Positions 16,617 through 30,095 of a stretch of DNA of 64,000 nt are shown one piece after another. The stretch lies in NCBI RefSeq assembly GCF_009914755.1, contig NC_060934.1; one strand, given 5' to 3'. Source of the DNA: the human T2T-CHM13v2.0 reference genome, Homo sapiens. Both the position numbers and the translations under genes were made by a program. Numbering within the stretch: the first letter of the stretch is position 1; every line of letters starts with the position of its first letter. The notes under the pieces are model-generated. The model was given only the letters and a program-made list of their open reading frames with translations, was not told where the DNA came from and did not search any database.

Positions 16617-18209
16617 AAGAAAACTTAGGAGCTATATGTAATACTTATAGAGGAAGGGTTAAAAGAAATAATTCTCCATGAATCACTTATTAGTAGTAAT
16701 AGAATGATAGTGGTAGTAGTGATATTGATGGCAACACAAACTATACCAAGTGTTTTCCAGTTTATCAATTTATGTTCATTCAAATACTCCTCCTTTCCAA
16801 CACTTTAAAACCACCAAGCAAAATAACATTTAATCTTAGGTCTAAGATGAACAAATTGAGAATTTGAAAAAATACATAACTTGACTCTTTTTTTCGTTAA
16901 ATATGTTTCCTAACTTGTCATGTACTCAGTGTAGTGCTATATGTTTTGGGCACAAAGAAGACTAACACATGATAACTGGGTACAGGGCATTCAAACTGAG
17001 ATAAAGCAGTATTTTTCAAGGGGCCACCTGCTATGCCCTAACAACAGAAGTTTCTGGGTCAAAAATGTGTGAATTTCTACCTACCACCTATTACCCTGAT
17101 GGAGATCCACAATGCACAAAGGCATATTCAATGTGCTAAGAAGTCCTAGAGAGACCTCATTGACTCTGCATTTCAACAATGAGTTGACCACAGACTCTCT
17201 TTGTTGGAAAGACATTTATTTATATCATTTGGGAAATCTTCAGTAGAAGGAAATGGACATATAAACACATGCACCGACCTATGATAAAGGCTGAGGCAGC
17301 TTGGTGGCCTGAACAGCCTGGGAGCAGAGAGGATAGAAGGGTCTGATCTGCCTCTGCATTAACCAAGGAGTCAAGAAAGGCCCCCACCTTTGAACCAAGG
17401 TCATGGAGAAAAAGGGAGGACATCCTGGGATCATCCCAGAGTGTCTTGAACTAAACTGCAGTGCCCTTAGCAAAAAGAGACAGACTTTCCAAGTTTACCC
17501 TTTCCACTCAACAGAGATGCTCCAAGAAGGGTGATGTCCTCAGGTTCTTGTTCTCTTTGGGAAGCTCAGCATTGGTTTTTCAATATGCAAAACAAGGAAG
17601 TTGAATTTGGTCATTTCTCATAATATGCTGGTGTTCCATGATTTGTGCTTTAAGTATAGAGTATGCACAACTCAATTAAGGGTTGATGGCCCACAGGTCA
17701 TCACAGCAGGCATTTCTGTTGTGGGGATAAGGATGACCCTAAATCCAGAGCCCATAAGTGGAGCACTTTATTAAGATGCTTATCTCACTAACGGTGAAAT
17801 ACATTGATTTGGACCATTGAGGAGCCAGGCCATATCATAACAGATACCTTGAGAAAGAAGCTTCCAGGTTAGACTTGACTGGAACATCAAGTTTGGAACT
17901 CAAAAAGCCATAGGATAAATGGGGTGAAATCTCCACTTTTGAGGAACTTTATCCTACCAACAGGTAATTCTAGGTTCTGTCCAACAGAAATACAAAAAGA
18001 GGTGCACGTATGAGTGAGTACCTGAAAATAAGGTAGGAAGTATGGCAGCCCTACATTTCTGTAAGTAGCCCTCCCATGCAACACCCCTCTTATTTCGTCT
18101 TCTCAATGATTATAAGCATGTATGATACACCATGTTACTCAAACTAGGGACTCTAACCCCATGGGTCTGAATATATATGTTCTCAGGAGTTCATACATTT
18201 GCGAGGGGA

Positions 18210-18555
18210 ATATTTTTATTGAGATAAAATACACATAATATAAAATTTACTATTTTAACAATTTTTAAGTGCACAGGTCAGTGGCATTGAGTACATTCTC
18301 GTTGTTGTGTCACCATTACCACCACCATTTATCTTCAGAATTTTTCCATATTGCCCAACTGAAACTCCATACCCACTAAACAATAACTCCCCATTCCCCC
18401 TTCTCCCCAGCTCATGGAGCCCACCATTCTAACTTTATGTTTCTATGATTTTCACTACTTTAGTTAGCTCAAATGAGTGGAATCATACAGTATTTGTTTT
18501 GCAACTTGCTTATTTCACTTGGCATAATGTTCTCAAGGTTTATTCCTGTTGTAGA
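18210..18555 (-). mobile_element. L1MB 3' end
   Basis: tttttattgagataaaatacacataa...tttaagtgcacaggtcagtggcattgagtacattc. Confidence 0.85.
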
Positions 18556-18749
18556 TGAAGGAGCATTTTTGAACATTGTGGTTTGATTACGCACCCATAT
18601 ATTTGTATACAGATATCCCATGCTATCTGGATGACCACATGGTAAGGATATCCACTTGCTTTTAGGGTCCATTTTATGCTGTGTGTTTATGATAATTTCA
18701 GGATAATGAAAACATTATAGCATACCTGAGGACTGAAGGTTTTATAGTC

Positions 18750-19317
18750 ACTTAAGCAGAAAATAATGCTGAGACAGTTGAGTTAGCCCCAGAATTTGGG
18801 AATGTTACTTAAGTGACAAAGGGACTTTACAGATAAGATTGAAGTCACAGACCTTGAGACAGAGATATTATCCTGGATTTATTCTAGTGGGCCTGATTTA
18901 ATCATGTAATCTCCTTAAAAGTGGAGAATTGGGCAACAACAGTGAAACTTCATCTCAAAAAAAAAAAAAATAGTGAAGAATCCTTCTTGGCTGAAGTCAG
19001 AAAGAGATACCTGACCAAATAAGGGTGAAAGACAGGCAAAGTAAGAGGGATTCAAGTCACCATTGCTGGCTTGGAAGGTGGAGGGGTGGGGCCATTAGCC
19101 AAGGAATGTGGGCAGCCTCTAGATGCTAAAAAGTCAAGGAAATTGATTTTCCCTAGAGCCTCCAGAAAAGATTGTAGACCTACTGACATCTTGATTTTAC
19201 CTCAATGAGATCCATGTCAGATTTATGAATGACAGAACTGTAGAAGAATAAAGTTGGGTTGTTGTAACCTGCTAAATTTGTGGTGATTTGATACAGCAAC
19301 CATATAAAACTAATACA
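18750..19317 (+). mobile_element. MaLR LTR (MLT1D/E-like)
   Basis: aaagggactttacagat, gccaaggaatgtgggcagcctctaga, ccctagagcctccaga, ending aaaactaataca. Confidence 0.85.
18930..18970 (+). mobile_element. Extremely 5'-truncated Alu stub
   Basis: tgggcaacaacagtgaaacttcatctc plus A14, flanked by degenerate TSD agtggagaat / agtgaagaat. Confidence 0.85.
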
Positions 19318-19499
19318 ATGTGTCAAAAACAAAAAACTGGCACCATGGCCCAAGATTCTGTATTCACATTTCAAAAAGATGTATTACCAAAACCCTATCT
19401 ATATGGACCACTTGAAGAAGTACATTTTGGAGTTAATGTAGTCGTAAATATGTGATGAACTCTTCTGATCTGAATTCCACCAATAATGGATTTAGAGTA

Positions 19500-21125
19500 A
19501 ACATTTATTCATCAAATATTTTAAAGTGCCTACTATGTGCCAGATATTGTGCCATGTATTGGGTACTCATAGGTACATGAATCTGCCTTGATGCCTGGGC
19601 TTAGTTTGCCGACATTTTCACAAAGGGAATGAAAAGTAAATAAGCAAATAAATAAGCCTATCAAAGCAGCATATTTTCCTGACCCTTCAAGGGCAGGAAC
19701 TGGAGTTCATGGGTGCTGGCAGGGGCAAGCTTCACTTACTCACTGCTCCACCCCTTGTGGGAGGTGGAGCACAGATAAGCAAGTGCAGGAGCTGGTGTGA
19801 GTGCTTTTGGGCACTGGCAAGGGCATACTCTGTACCAGCCCCTCAGCAGCATCTAGGGGAGGGTGCCCGCAACACCCGAAGCCCAGAGGAAGTGTTACAG
19901 TGCCCTTTTAGCTTTGCTGTCTGCAGATGGCTTAAGTGTTAACAGCTCAGTGGAGGGTCAGTGTGACAGCTTTTTGCTCTGACACTCATGGCATCCAAGT
20001 TCTTGGCCAGTCTCCAAGAGGAATGAAGTAACATGAACAAATTGAAGGTGGTGAATGAAGGTGATTTTATAACTGATGAAAGCGGCTCTTGGTGGGAAGG
20101 GGAAATGAAAAGAGGGCAGAGCGGGAAGGTAATCTTCCCCTGGAGTTTGGCCATTCCTGGCCAGACTCCTCTCAGAAGTTATGCCATCAAGCTGTCCCTC
20201 TGAATTCAAGCCACTTCTCTCTGACATCAAACCATAGTTTCCAATGTCCAGCTGCTTCTACTCTCTCCACTGGCTGAGCCTGGGGCTTTTATGGGCACAG
20301 GATGGGGGGTGGGGCAGAGTGGGGTCATGGGTGGTTTTGGAAAAGGCAACATTTGAGTGTAAAAACAAGGATGCAAGTTCTCACTTTGGACGGTGGTATT
20401 AGGCCTTTTGGCTTGAGGGTGGGATCCTGGCCAGGGACCCTCCTTCATCTGCCCAGAATTTCCCTGTCTCCTGTCCCTATCACTATGGTTATAATTTGTG
20501 ACACATGCTATAAAGGAAATGAATACCATGTGATAGAGAATAATGAACTGGGATCAGGAATAATGTCATTAGAAAGGCTTGTGAAGGCCTCTCTGAGGAC
20601 ATAGCTTTTACACAGACATCTGAAGGAAGAGAAAAACCCAGCCATGTGGAATGAACATTCCACAGAGAGAAGGATCATGGATCATGGGCAAAGGCTGCAA
20701 GGCCTGCAAATTCTTGACTACCTGGGAAGGAAATTAATGCAAGCCAGCATGGCTGGGGTAGTGTATGAGGGGGGATGGCTTCAGACAGGTTGGAGAGGTG
20801 GTACATTGCCTTCAATGCTAGGCCCTGGAGCTGATCAGAGTTTAGTTTGGTCAGCAGAGATAGGATAATATTTATATTTTTAAAGTTTCTGTAAACTTCT
20901 TTAAGGAGAAAAATTGGGAGCATGAGAGTGGAGGGGGAGAGTAGTTAGGAGGCTTGGCAGAAACCCAGAGAAATGGTTGCCACCTTTGGTGTCAAGGTAG
21001 GTAAGAAAAAGACAGAGTCAAAAAATACTTGTCAAGATTTGCTCAGTTCAAGGATTAGAATAAAGAGGTTGAAATCAGGAATGGCCTCCAAATTTCTGAC
21101 TTGAGCAACTTTGTGATTTAGAGAA
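19500..21125 (+). mobile_element. L2 fragment interrupted by a solo LTR
   Basis: catttattcatcaaatattt...gcctactatgtgccag; resumes at 20483 (gaaggcctctctgagga, tttctgacttgagcaact). Confidence 0.7.
19662..20482 (-). mobile_element. ERV1 solo LTR, LTR1-family-like
   Basis: Minus strand begins TGATAGGGACAGGAGACAGGGAAATTCTGGGCAG; about 820 bp; probable 4-bp TSD ctat at 19658-19661 and 20483-20486. Confidence 0.75.
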
Positions 21126-21149
21126 CAATTTCATGCAGGGGCTAATAAT

Positions 21150-21924
21150 GTAATGATGACATTTAATTAAAATTGGCATTCCAGGACTGCTCACTAATTG
21201 AGTGCTGATAAAGAATGAGGTCTGATTATTCTGAATTAGCAAACAAAGTCTTAAAAGTATTCATAGCATTCTGAAAAGCTTACTATGCATGCACAGAGAC
21301 TTCCTCTGCATTATTATTACTAGAGTCAAAATACAGAAGCAAATTCACTGTAGAACTAGATCTGAGTCTAAATCTTTATGTAATTAATGACAACTTCTAT
21401 GATTTTGTTTAAACAAAAGCATGATTCGTCACATTGAATTAACACTGTAAACTTCAATTTTACTTGCTTCCTAGTTTTGTCTTAATTTTCAAATTATTTT
21501 GCCTTATAGCTGAGTAGTTTTCCAATTGTTTTTACACCCAAAAGCTATATGCATAAAGATTTCATTCCTAGTTTTACCTCATACATTTATAGAAAATTGT
21601 ATTTAACACATATATAACACCTATAACATACCAGGAACATTTTTTAGTGCCTTGCAAATATTAACACATTTAATTTTCATAACAATACTATGAATATAAG
21701 TATTGTTATTATCCCCATTTTACAGATGAGAAGACAGAGGCAAAGAGAGGTTTAATGATTTAACCAATGTCTTAGAACTAGTAAGTGGCAGATATGACAT
21801 TCAAACCCAGGCAGTGTGGCTCCTGAGTCTATGCTCTTAAGTAATGTCAATAATTTAAGCCAACATGGGGAAGATCTGTGAATTTTTTTGTGGGGGGCTA
21901 TTACTCAAGTTCGAGAAACCCTGT
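21150..21924 (+). mobile_element. hAT-Charlie transposon 3' fragment, apparently split by a MIR
   Basis: From 21329 reads KYRSKFTVELDLSLNL, like the Charlie transposase C-terminus; TIR-like end aagttcgagaaaccctg. Confidence 0.5.
21595..21842 (-). mobile_element. MIR
   Basis: attatccccattttacagatgagaagacagaggca...ttcaaacccaggcagtgtggctcc. Confidence 0.9.
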
Positions 21925-22631
21925 CATAGCCCATTTGATCCTTTAGCAGAGCCTAGGGAAGATTCAGTCTAAAATTCCTCTTTTTAGCCAGGAGAAAACA
22001 TATACCTTAAGGAGAGGAAGTGAGTAGTTTTGGGAATTATCCATTTGTTGATTTGTAATGTTATTCCAGTTATTTCAACTATTTGATCTTCCTATCTAGA
22101 TTGTGAAGAGACAGGTTTCATGCCTCTTTTATCCTCCAGGGACCCTCGGACAGCACTGCACACAGAGTAAAGACCTACAAAATTCACCATGGCTCAAATA
22201 GGCTCAAGTGAGATTTAGAACAGTTAGGGGTCTAACTGGCTGAGGATGTCTGGGACACATTTCTCTCCTCCCAAGTAGCACACTAGGTTCTTACTGTGAG
22301 ATAGCACTGGCCTACACAGGCCACTGGGTTGACCTTAAATATCTACCCTTATAAAATGCCCTGCCACTTCCTCATGTTTTCCCTTCCATTTTCTCAGTCT
22401 TCTCCTGGAAAATTCCTACTATGACAGCAAGACCCAGGGCAAATACTGTCTCCCTTTTGATATTTTCTTTGACCCTGTCAAGCTGACTTGCTGATTTTGC
22501 TTCTGTACCCTCACTCTACCCAGTCAGTGGCTGCCTCTATTGCTGCACTTCTTATGCTGCAGTATAATTAACTTTATTTCTGTCTCAAGGACTGCCTTTT
22601 GCCCCATTTAGTTTGTAGCCCTAGCACCTAA

Positions 22632-22968
22632 TGTTATGGGCTGAACTGTGTCCATCTGAAATTCATATGTTAAAGTCCTAATCCCAGTACTTCAGAATAG
22701 AACTGTATTTGAAGATAAGGTCTTCAAAGAGGTATTCAAGTTAAACTAAAGCCAAGAAGAAGAGATATCCAAGATATGCGCGTACAGAGAAAAGACGGCC
22801 ATCATCATGGCCATCAACAAGCCAAGGAGAGGAGCCTCAGAAGAAATCAAACCCAAAGATACCTTGATGGTGGACTTTCAGCCTCCAGAACTGGGAGAAA
22901 ATACATGTCTGTTGTTTAAGCCACGCAGTCTGTAATATTTTGTTATGGTAGCCTTAGCAAACTAATAC
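22632..22968 (+). mobile_element. MaLR LTR (MLT1B-like)
   Basis: tgttatgggctgaactgtgtcc...ggactttcagcctccagaactg...gcaaactaatac. Confidence 0.85.
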
Positions 22969-25898
22969 TTCCGGTTTTCACATATAGTTGGTGTTAAAGT
23001 TATAGATAGAAATCTATTTATAATTTTATTTATATGTATGTTTGTATTTTAAAATAAAAGTGACTAGTCCAAGGTCTCAGAGCAAGTTGGTGAAAGGCTG
23101 TGATTACAATAACAACCCCCTACTTATTGAGACCTCAATCCTGCTCTCTACCCTAAATTTCTGTAATTCAGCCTTCTTTATATTAAAACCATCCAAGAAG
23201 TACAATGTGTTGCCTTTGATATTGTAAACCGCACCACATAACCAAATTCTTACACTTTGGGAAGAGATATTGATTGCTTTAATTATATTAGGATCAACTG
23301 AAGTAAAGAATAATACAACTAAAGTAATGTGTGTGTATGTGCGCGCATGTGTGAGCATGCACATGCGTGTGTGTTTATGCATACACACAGTGACATGGTT
23401 CTTTTTGGAACCATAATCTCATTTATATTTTTAGTATATCCCCCAAATAAATACCTGTGCAACTGTAGATAGGAGGTGAGGAACTATACAGTGATTCTTT
23501 AGCGACAGAATTAGAGATGGAAAAATAGCAAAAACAGACACCTGGGTTCCCAGCTGGAGGCTACAGCTAGGACAACCATATACCTGAGACTGGACTCATG
23601 AGGCAGACATGCAGAGAAGTTTGTCAAGTATTATTGTGGAGCCCTCAATGTGCTGGTAGGAATCTCTAAGTGCCCATACATAGGTTCTTTGCTGCCCTTT
23701 CTCAGACTTCAAATGCATTCTGAGTCCCACTCTGCAAACAGTGGAGGCTCCGTGTTTGTTGAATGGATGAATGAATCAAAGAGGCTGATTTAACTGGGAA
23801 CACACTTCAATGTTGATCATAGAAAAGGGAGGTGGGTTCCCATACTAGCTCACAGTGGAGAAAGCAATTCAATTACCAACACTAACAGACAATAAACTCA
23901 GGCTAAAACATGGCAATTTTATGAGACACTTGGCTGCAGCAACTTCGCCTTTCTTTTCTTGGTTTCTCCTTTCCCTTTCCACCCCCTATTGACTAATTGT
24001 AAGCAGCACAGCGTGGCATCCGGGCTTTTTATTTTTTCTCGTATATCCTCATCACTGTGTGGGCAATGGGAGGCCTAAGTTGGCTGTTTAGTCATTTGTG
24101 TTTCTTTTTTCCTTCTCATACAGTTGAATAACTCATGGTCTAAAGGCTGAGGAATTTGGCATATGCAAACACCACATGCACAATGAATGGGAACCTTATT
24201 TGTTTCGAACTGGGAAATAGAGTTAAGAGAGGTTTACAGCACTGAAAGAAAGGGCCAGAATTTTGTCCTGACTCCCTGGTGGTGGAGTAGGTCAGGGAAT
24301 AAACGTAACCTTGAGATTTCTGGGTCCCTGAAAACAGGGAAAGGTATTCAGACCAGGGGATTAGCGAGTCTGTTAGTTAACACATGAAAATGCCCTCACA
24401 ATTTTCCCGGTAGGAGGTTGTAGAACGGGTAAGGAAGAGGGATTATAAGGAGGAAAAAGAACCATGAGGAAGAAAGGATGATGATTTCTGAAAGCAGAAA
24501 GAGAGGAGAAAGTCAGACACACTTTGGAACCTGTTTCTTGGATGACTGCATATAGGATGGGGCTTTGATCTATATTTAGTCCCCAAAGCTCAGAGCTGCA
24601 CAACAACCTTTGTGGATGCCAGAGAGACTCATGTTGGACATCAGAACAAGGGCAAGAGAGGACGGTGGGAGAGAAGAATTACAGAAGAGGAATGAGGGCG
24701 CACGAGGAGGGGTGCAGTGGGGGAAGGGGAGCGCTCTCTTCCCCTCCTTTGTGAATACACAGACAAGTCCATCAAAGCTGTGGCAGGCTGCAGTGATGAG
24801 AAAGATACATAATATGATAAAGCTTGGTAGCAGGCATGTGTGATTGAACAGACCAATGAAGAGATAACATTTGAAAGCTTTACTGCTTGGAAAGCTGTTA
24901 GCAAGCTGGTGTCCCCTTCATCATGTTTAATTTTACTTTTACTACCCTTCATTTGCTTTGACGGGTTGATGTTGCCATGGTGCGGTTGGAATTCTCATAA
25001 AAGTGCTGTTACCCTTTCAAGATGACCATTTTTTTCTAGGGTTTATACCACATTTTATAGTTATGTCAGAAGGTTTACTTGGTTTATGAATTCTCCAAGC
25101 TCTAAGATTGCTGTCAAAAAACTCCATGTTGCCTTCGGTTTTGCCATTTAATTTGTGACCTTTTAACAGCAGTTGCATTATTGGGTGATGTCCCCACATA
25201 ATTAGAAATGCATCTTTGGGTTCATGAAAGTAAACAAAGGGCACACAGAGAAACCGAGCTTCCTTTTCCTAGGTTACAAGCCCCTGAATACATGTGACTG
25301 TCTATATGCATTTGAATACTGTATTTTATGCAGATAATGGTAATAAATAAAATAACTATGATCAACTATGAAATCTAATGATTAATATATAAGGTGATGA
25401 CTCTTTTATTTTCTCTCTAACAATTCAAGTCTGGTAAATTGTAAAACACTCTTTATTAAATCCCTACTGAAAATGTCCAGGATATAGATTCTGAATAGCA
25501 TTTAAATAAGCCTTCAATTTCATCAATTATTACAATCTGTTCACTGAATGAGACATTTAATTAATCGCCATATCTATGTCTAAGAATTCTTAAGAAACCA
25601 GAGGATCTCAATATACCATGTACCACCACATTTGGGAGGTAGCCTCTGCAACCAATGTGGAATGTAATTGCAAGATAACGTGGTGAGATCTGTTATAGCA
25701 CATAATTTCCATGGACTGAAATGTGCTTTTGCATTCAGATTTGAGTGAGACATCAGAGGAGTATTATGAATTCTATTTTTCATTCCAAAGTGTATCTTTC
25801 AGGTTTATCCTAGTCAATAAATATTTAGTTCAATCTTCTACATTGCCTTGCAAGATCTGGAATGTGGAAGCCATTTGGGGAAGTGAAGAGCTACCTGG

Positions 25899-26342
25899 GT
25901 ATTAGTTTCCTATTGGTGCTCTAAAAAATTGCCACAAACTTAGTGGATTAATGCAAATGTATTATTTTACATGCCTGGAGGTCAGACGTTCAAAATGGGC
26001 CTGACTGGGGGAAAATCAGAAGGGTTGCATTCCTTCGGAGGCTCTACAGGATATTGTTCCCTCACCTTTTCCAGCTTCCATAAGTAGCCTGCAATCACCC
26101 GTTTTCCCATAGTCACAATTTCCTCCGGCCTCCAGCTTCTTCTTTTCACTTTTAAGGGCCCCTATGATTACACTGGGTCCATGCAGATAATCCAAGAAAA
26201 TCTCTCTTTTAAGATCGGTTGATTAGCAACCTTAATCTCATCTGCAGAGTTAATTCATCTTTGCCATGTAAAATAACATATTTACTGCTCCCCAGGATTA
26301 GGATGAAGATATCTTTGGGGTCCCTTATTCTGTCTATCACAC
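25899..26342 (-). mobile_element. MaLR LTR (MLT1C/D-like)
   Basis: gtattagtttcctattggtgct...ccacaaacttagtgg...ttattctgtctatcaca. Confidence 0.8.
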
Positions 26343-27097
26343 CGTCCACTGGAAGTAGCAGGCATATTGGAAGATGACTTAGGGCAATATGGAGAAGGCT
26401 TTCACATTAAATTAGAGTTGGACTAAATGACCAGAGGTTAATTTTCCAGCTTAGAGGTTATGACACTTTAACATTGTACAAGGAACTGAATTTCTCTGAT
26501 TTTAGCTTCCTCACTGGTAAAATGGGCATGGTAACATTTTACTACCAATAAGCAAGAGTTTTAAAGCTGCAGACAATTTAATTATATATATATATACCTA
26601 AAGTGCTTACTTAACCTTTTTGCAACTATTTTACATTTTAATTGCTTTGAATTTTGCTATTAAAAATAACACTGGAGTATACATCCCTGTATATCTCTGG
26701 TTGTTTTCCTATGATAATTTCCAACTTGTAGCTGTACTAGGTCCAACAGTGTGAATGTCTTTAAGGACCTTGTACTTTTCAAAAAGGCAGCATAGGCGTG
26801 AGTGTATGTCCTGGAAGAAGCACAAGATAGGGCAGATGAGTCTGTTTCTATTCAGTTCCACTCGGTTCCTGAGACCTGTCATAAAATGTTTAAAGATACA
26901 CATTTTTATACATCATGGCCACTAAATGCAAAAGAAATACATTTTATGGTGTTCAACCAAAGAAAGTTCAAAAAGAACCCTGTTGGAGTTATATTTTTAA
27001 AATGCTCTAAAATATCAGGATTCAGTATGACATACAAAGTTCCCTGTGATATTTATTGTGTAGTAATTTTTGACACACAGCTCCCTGTTACAAACTG

Positions 27098-27927
27098 ACC
27101 CTATTGTTTCAGCCCCAAAGCTTCTTAAGCTGATAAGCAAGGACAGCAAAGTCTCAGCATAAAAAGCCAATGTGCAAAAATCACTAGCATTTGTATGCAC
27201 AAACAACGCTCAAGCAGAGAGCCAAATCATGAACAAACTCCCATTCACAATGGCCACAGAGATAATAAAATGCCTAGGAATACAGCTAACTAGGGAGGTA
27301 AAGATCTCTACAAGGAGAACTACAAAGCATTGCTCAAAGAAATCAGAGATGACACAAGCAAATGGAAAAACATTCCATGCTCATGGATAGGAAGAATCAG
27401 TATCATTAAAATGGCCGTAATGCCCAAAGCAATTTATAGATTCAGTGCTATTCCTGTTAAACTACCACTGACTTTCTTCACAGAACTAGAAAAAACTATT
27501 TTAAAATTCATATGGAACCAAAAAAGAGTCTGAATAGCCAAGACAATCCTAAGCAAAAAGAACAAAGCTGGAGGCATCATGCTACCCAACTTAAAACTAT
27601 ACTACAGCACTACAGTAACCAAAACAGCATGGTACTGGTACAAAAACAGACATGTAGACCAATGGAATAGAACAGAAAACCCAGAAATAAGACTGAACAC
27701 CTACAACTATCTGATTGTCAACAAACCTGAAAAAAACAAACAATGGGGAAAGGATTCCCTATTCAATAAATGGTGCTGAGACAACTTGCTAGCCATATGC
27801 AGAAGATTGAAAGTAGATCCCTTCCTTACACCATATACAAAAATTAACTCAAGATGGATTAAAGACTTTAATGTAAAACCCAAAACTATAAAAACCCTGG
27901 AAGACAACCTAGGGAATACCATTCAGA
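27098..27927 (+). mobile_element. Internal L1PA/L1PB ORF2 fragment with no 3'UTR or polyA
   Basis: ORF track gives [13 protein letters not shown] and [18 protein letters not shown] (L1 ORF2); ends abruptly after aataccattcag. Confidence 0.92.
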
Positions 27928-28313
27928 AAAGGAAATTTACATCCAAAACAGAAAAGTAACTTGCCCAGGTTGCCACAAGGATTTATTGGTAAATTTAAAA
28001 CAGTTGTGTATGTGTAGGTCACATCAACAGCAACTAAACTGTAAGAGTTACCCTTGTAAATTATGTGAGAAATAATGCAGCATTCTAGGCTTAACTACTA
28101 TAAAAGAAAAGATTCTATTTCCAAGTAGTATCTGTGATGATCACACATGTGTAGGTCATATTGGAAGTGGGAGGAGGGCACCTGTAACTGAAGAGGGTAT
28201 TTTTCCTAGAATGTTAATATTGCTGTAAAAATTGGGCAGGAGGCTAATCTAATTAATTAGATCTTGGCCTCTATCATTTGGGGATGGTCACATCTTGGAA
28301 CAGTATTTGTTCT

Positions 28314-28840
28314 TGTGGTACATGCCTTCTAAGACAACTTTCAATAATCCCTACCTCCTGGTGTTCACATCCTTGTGTAATCTGCTCCCCTCGAGTGCCA
28401 TTGGCTGACTGAACTAGTAACTTACTTCAAATCACGAGCATATATAAGGTGACGTGATGTCAATTCTATGATTAGGTTATGAAAGATTGCAAGCAAGACT
28501 CTCTGTCTTGTTGGTCTTGATGAAAGAAGCTGCTGTGTTAAAGAGGCCACATGGCAAGGAAATGAGGGTGGCCTCCAGCCAGCAGCCAGCAAGAATCTGA
28601 GGCCCTTAGTGCAACTGGACCCCAGGCACTAAAGTTTGAGAACAACAGCTGCATGAGCTGGGAAGCAAATCTTACTTCAGTTGAACCTTGATGGCAGCCT
28701 TGTGAGAGACCCTCAAGTCAATGGTCCAGCTAGGCCATGACCAGATTCCTGACGCAAAATGAGATAATAATTATATATAATCTTCTTTAAGTCACTAAGT
28801 TTTATAGTATTTTTTAATGCAATGATATATTGCTATTACA
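28314..28840 (+). mobile_element. MaLR LTR (MLT1F-like)
   Basis: ccctacctcctggtgttcaca, gaggccacatggcaaggaaatgagggtggcctccagcc. Confidence 0.8.
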
Positions 28841-29924
28841 GTCCTTGATGGAGTATGATTTTTTGCTTTCTTGGAAGACTAAGGCTTTCTTATCATGGTT
28901 ACATCAGAAGGTAACATGGGCTACGGGTTTTGAACACTTTCAGACTAATGGGCTCTGTGGCTCTGTGCAAAGCAGCAGGAAGTACATGAAATCCCTCAGG
29001 GCCAACCACCTCTAGAGTAGTTGAGGGTTGTGAAATGGGAAATCAGGAAATACAACCTTTCCATTGCCCACTTGCAGGGTTTACTACAGCTTAGCAGAAA
29101 CTCCTGCAAGAAAGAAAAGTAAGAATGAAGTGGCACTAGCAGGAAAGAGAGTTTTTTGAGATATAGCTGGTCTCACTGGTGTCCCTTAATTGCACATTTT
29201 TATTTAGTTTTAGCCAGCTGGCAGTTATACACCATTTTAATTATGTTAGAACTGGAAAAAGAAGAGTATTTAGTTTGGGTTTCTTGTTCCAAGTTCCTTT
29301 CTTAATTGCCTTTTCATTCAAGCTGAAGACTTATGGTGGCAGCCACAGCACTGTTGAAAAACAATTCATTGTATCAGTGACAGGGCCTCATAACAGAGCA
29401 CCTTAATAAGACCAAGTTCTGTACTTCTTGACTCCCCAAGATGGATGATGTTCATAGTCCATTATTTGAACGAGGATATCTGACTTATGGCAAATCTATC
29501 TGAAACAGCATTGTAGAATTGTATTTTATCTTTAAGAAATGTATTTTTATAAAAGTAAGATATTTACTTCTGTTGTAGGAAGGAACTTAAGCAGAAAAAT
29601 TTCTCTCTAATGTTTGTTGAATCATAGGAGAATGATGAGGGAGAACAGGGTGATCCATCCACCAACTAACTTGAAAACCTCGGTTGTATTTTTATTTCAG
29701 GAAGAAAGGCTGAGCTAAAGGTGCCCTATGGTATTACATGAAATACTTTTCTTCTTTTTCCAAGTCATGCATATCACCCAGGAATTCACAAGGGTAGCAT
29801 CTCTGTTCTCTATTACTTAAATTTGCACAAGCATGTGATCAATTTTTCTTTCCTCTCTTTCCTCTGTAGGGCTTGTAAAAAGGGTTGAAATTTACAGTCT
29901 TCAAGGATAGTTATCCTTGTTTGG

Positions 29925-30095
29925 AATCATAGTATGTAAGAACCAGAAAGCACCTCTGAGATTACCTGGTCCGACCCTCTCATTTTACAAGTGAGGGAAC
30001 GAAGGCCCTTTAGGGAAATATCTCTTCTGTGATGGATGCTTTTAATGACACCCGGAGTCCTGAAACAGAAAAGGCCAGGCTCAGGATTCACAAGA
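29925..30095 (-). mobile_element. MIR/MIR3 fragment
   Basis: ccctctcattttacaagtgagggaacgaaggcc. Confidence 0.6.

Noticed and set aside
23328-23388. Alternating purine-pyrimidine tract with self-complementary ends (Z-DNA or hairpin, miRNA-like)
   Set aside because: Degenerate (TG)/(CA) microsatellite; the complementarity follows trivially from composition
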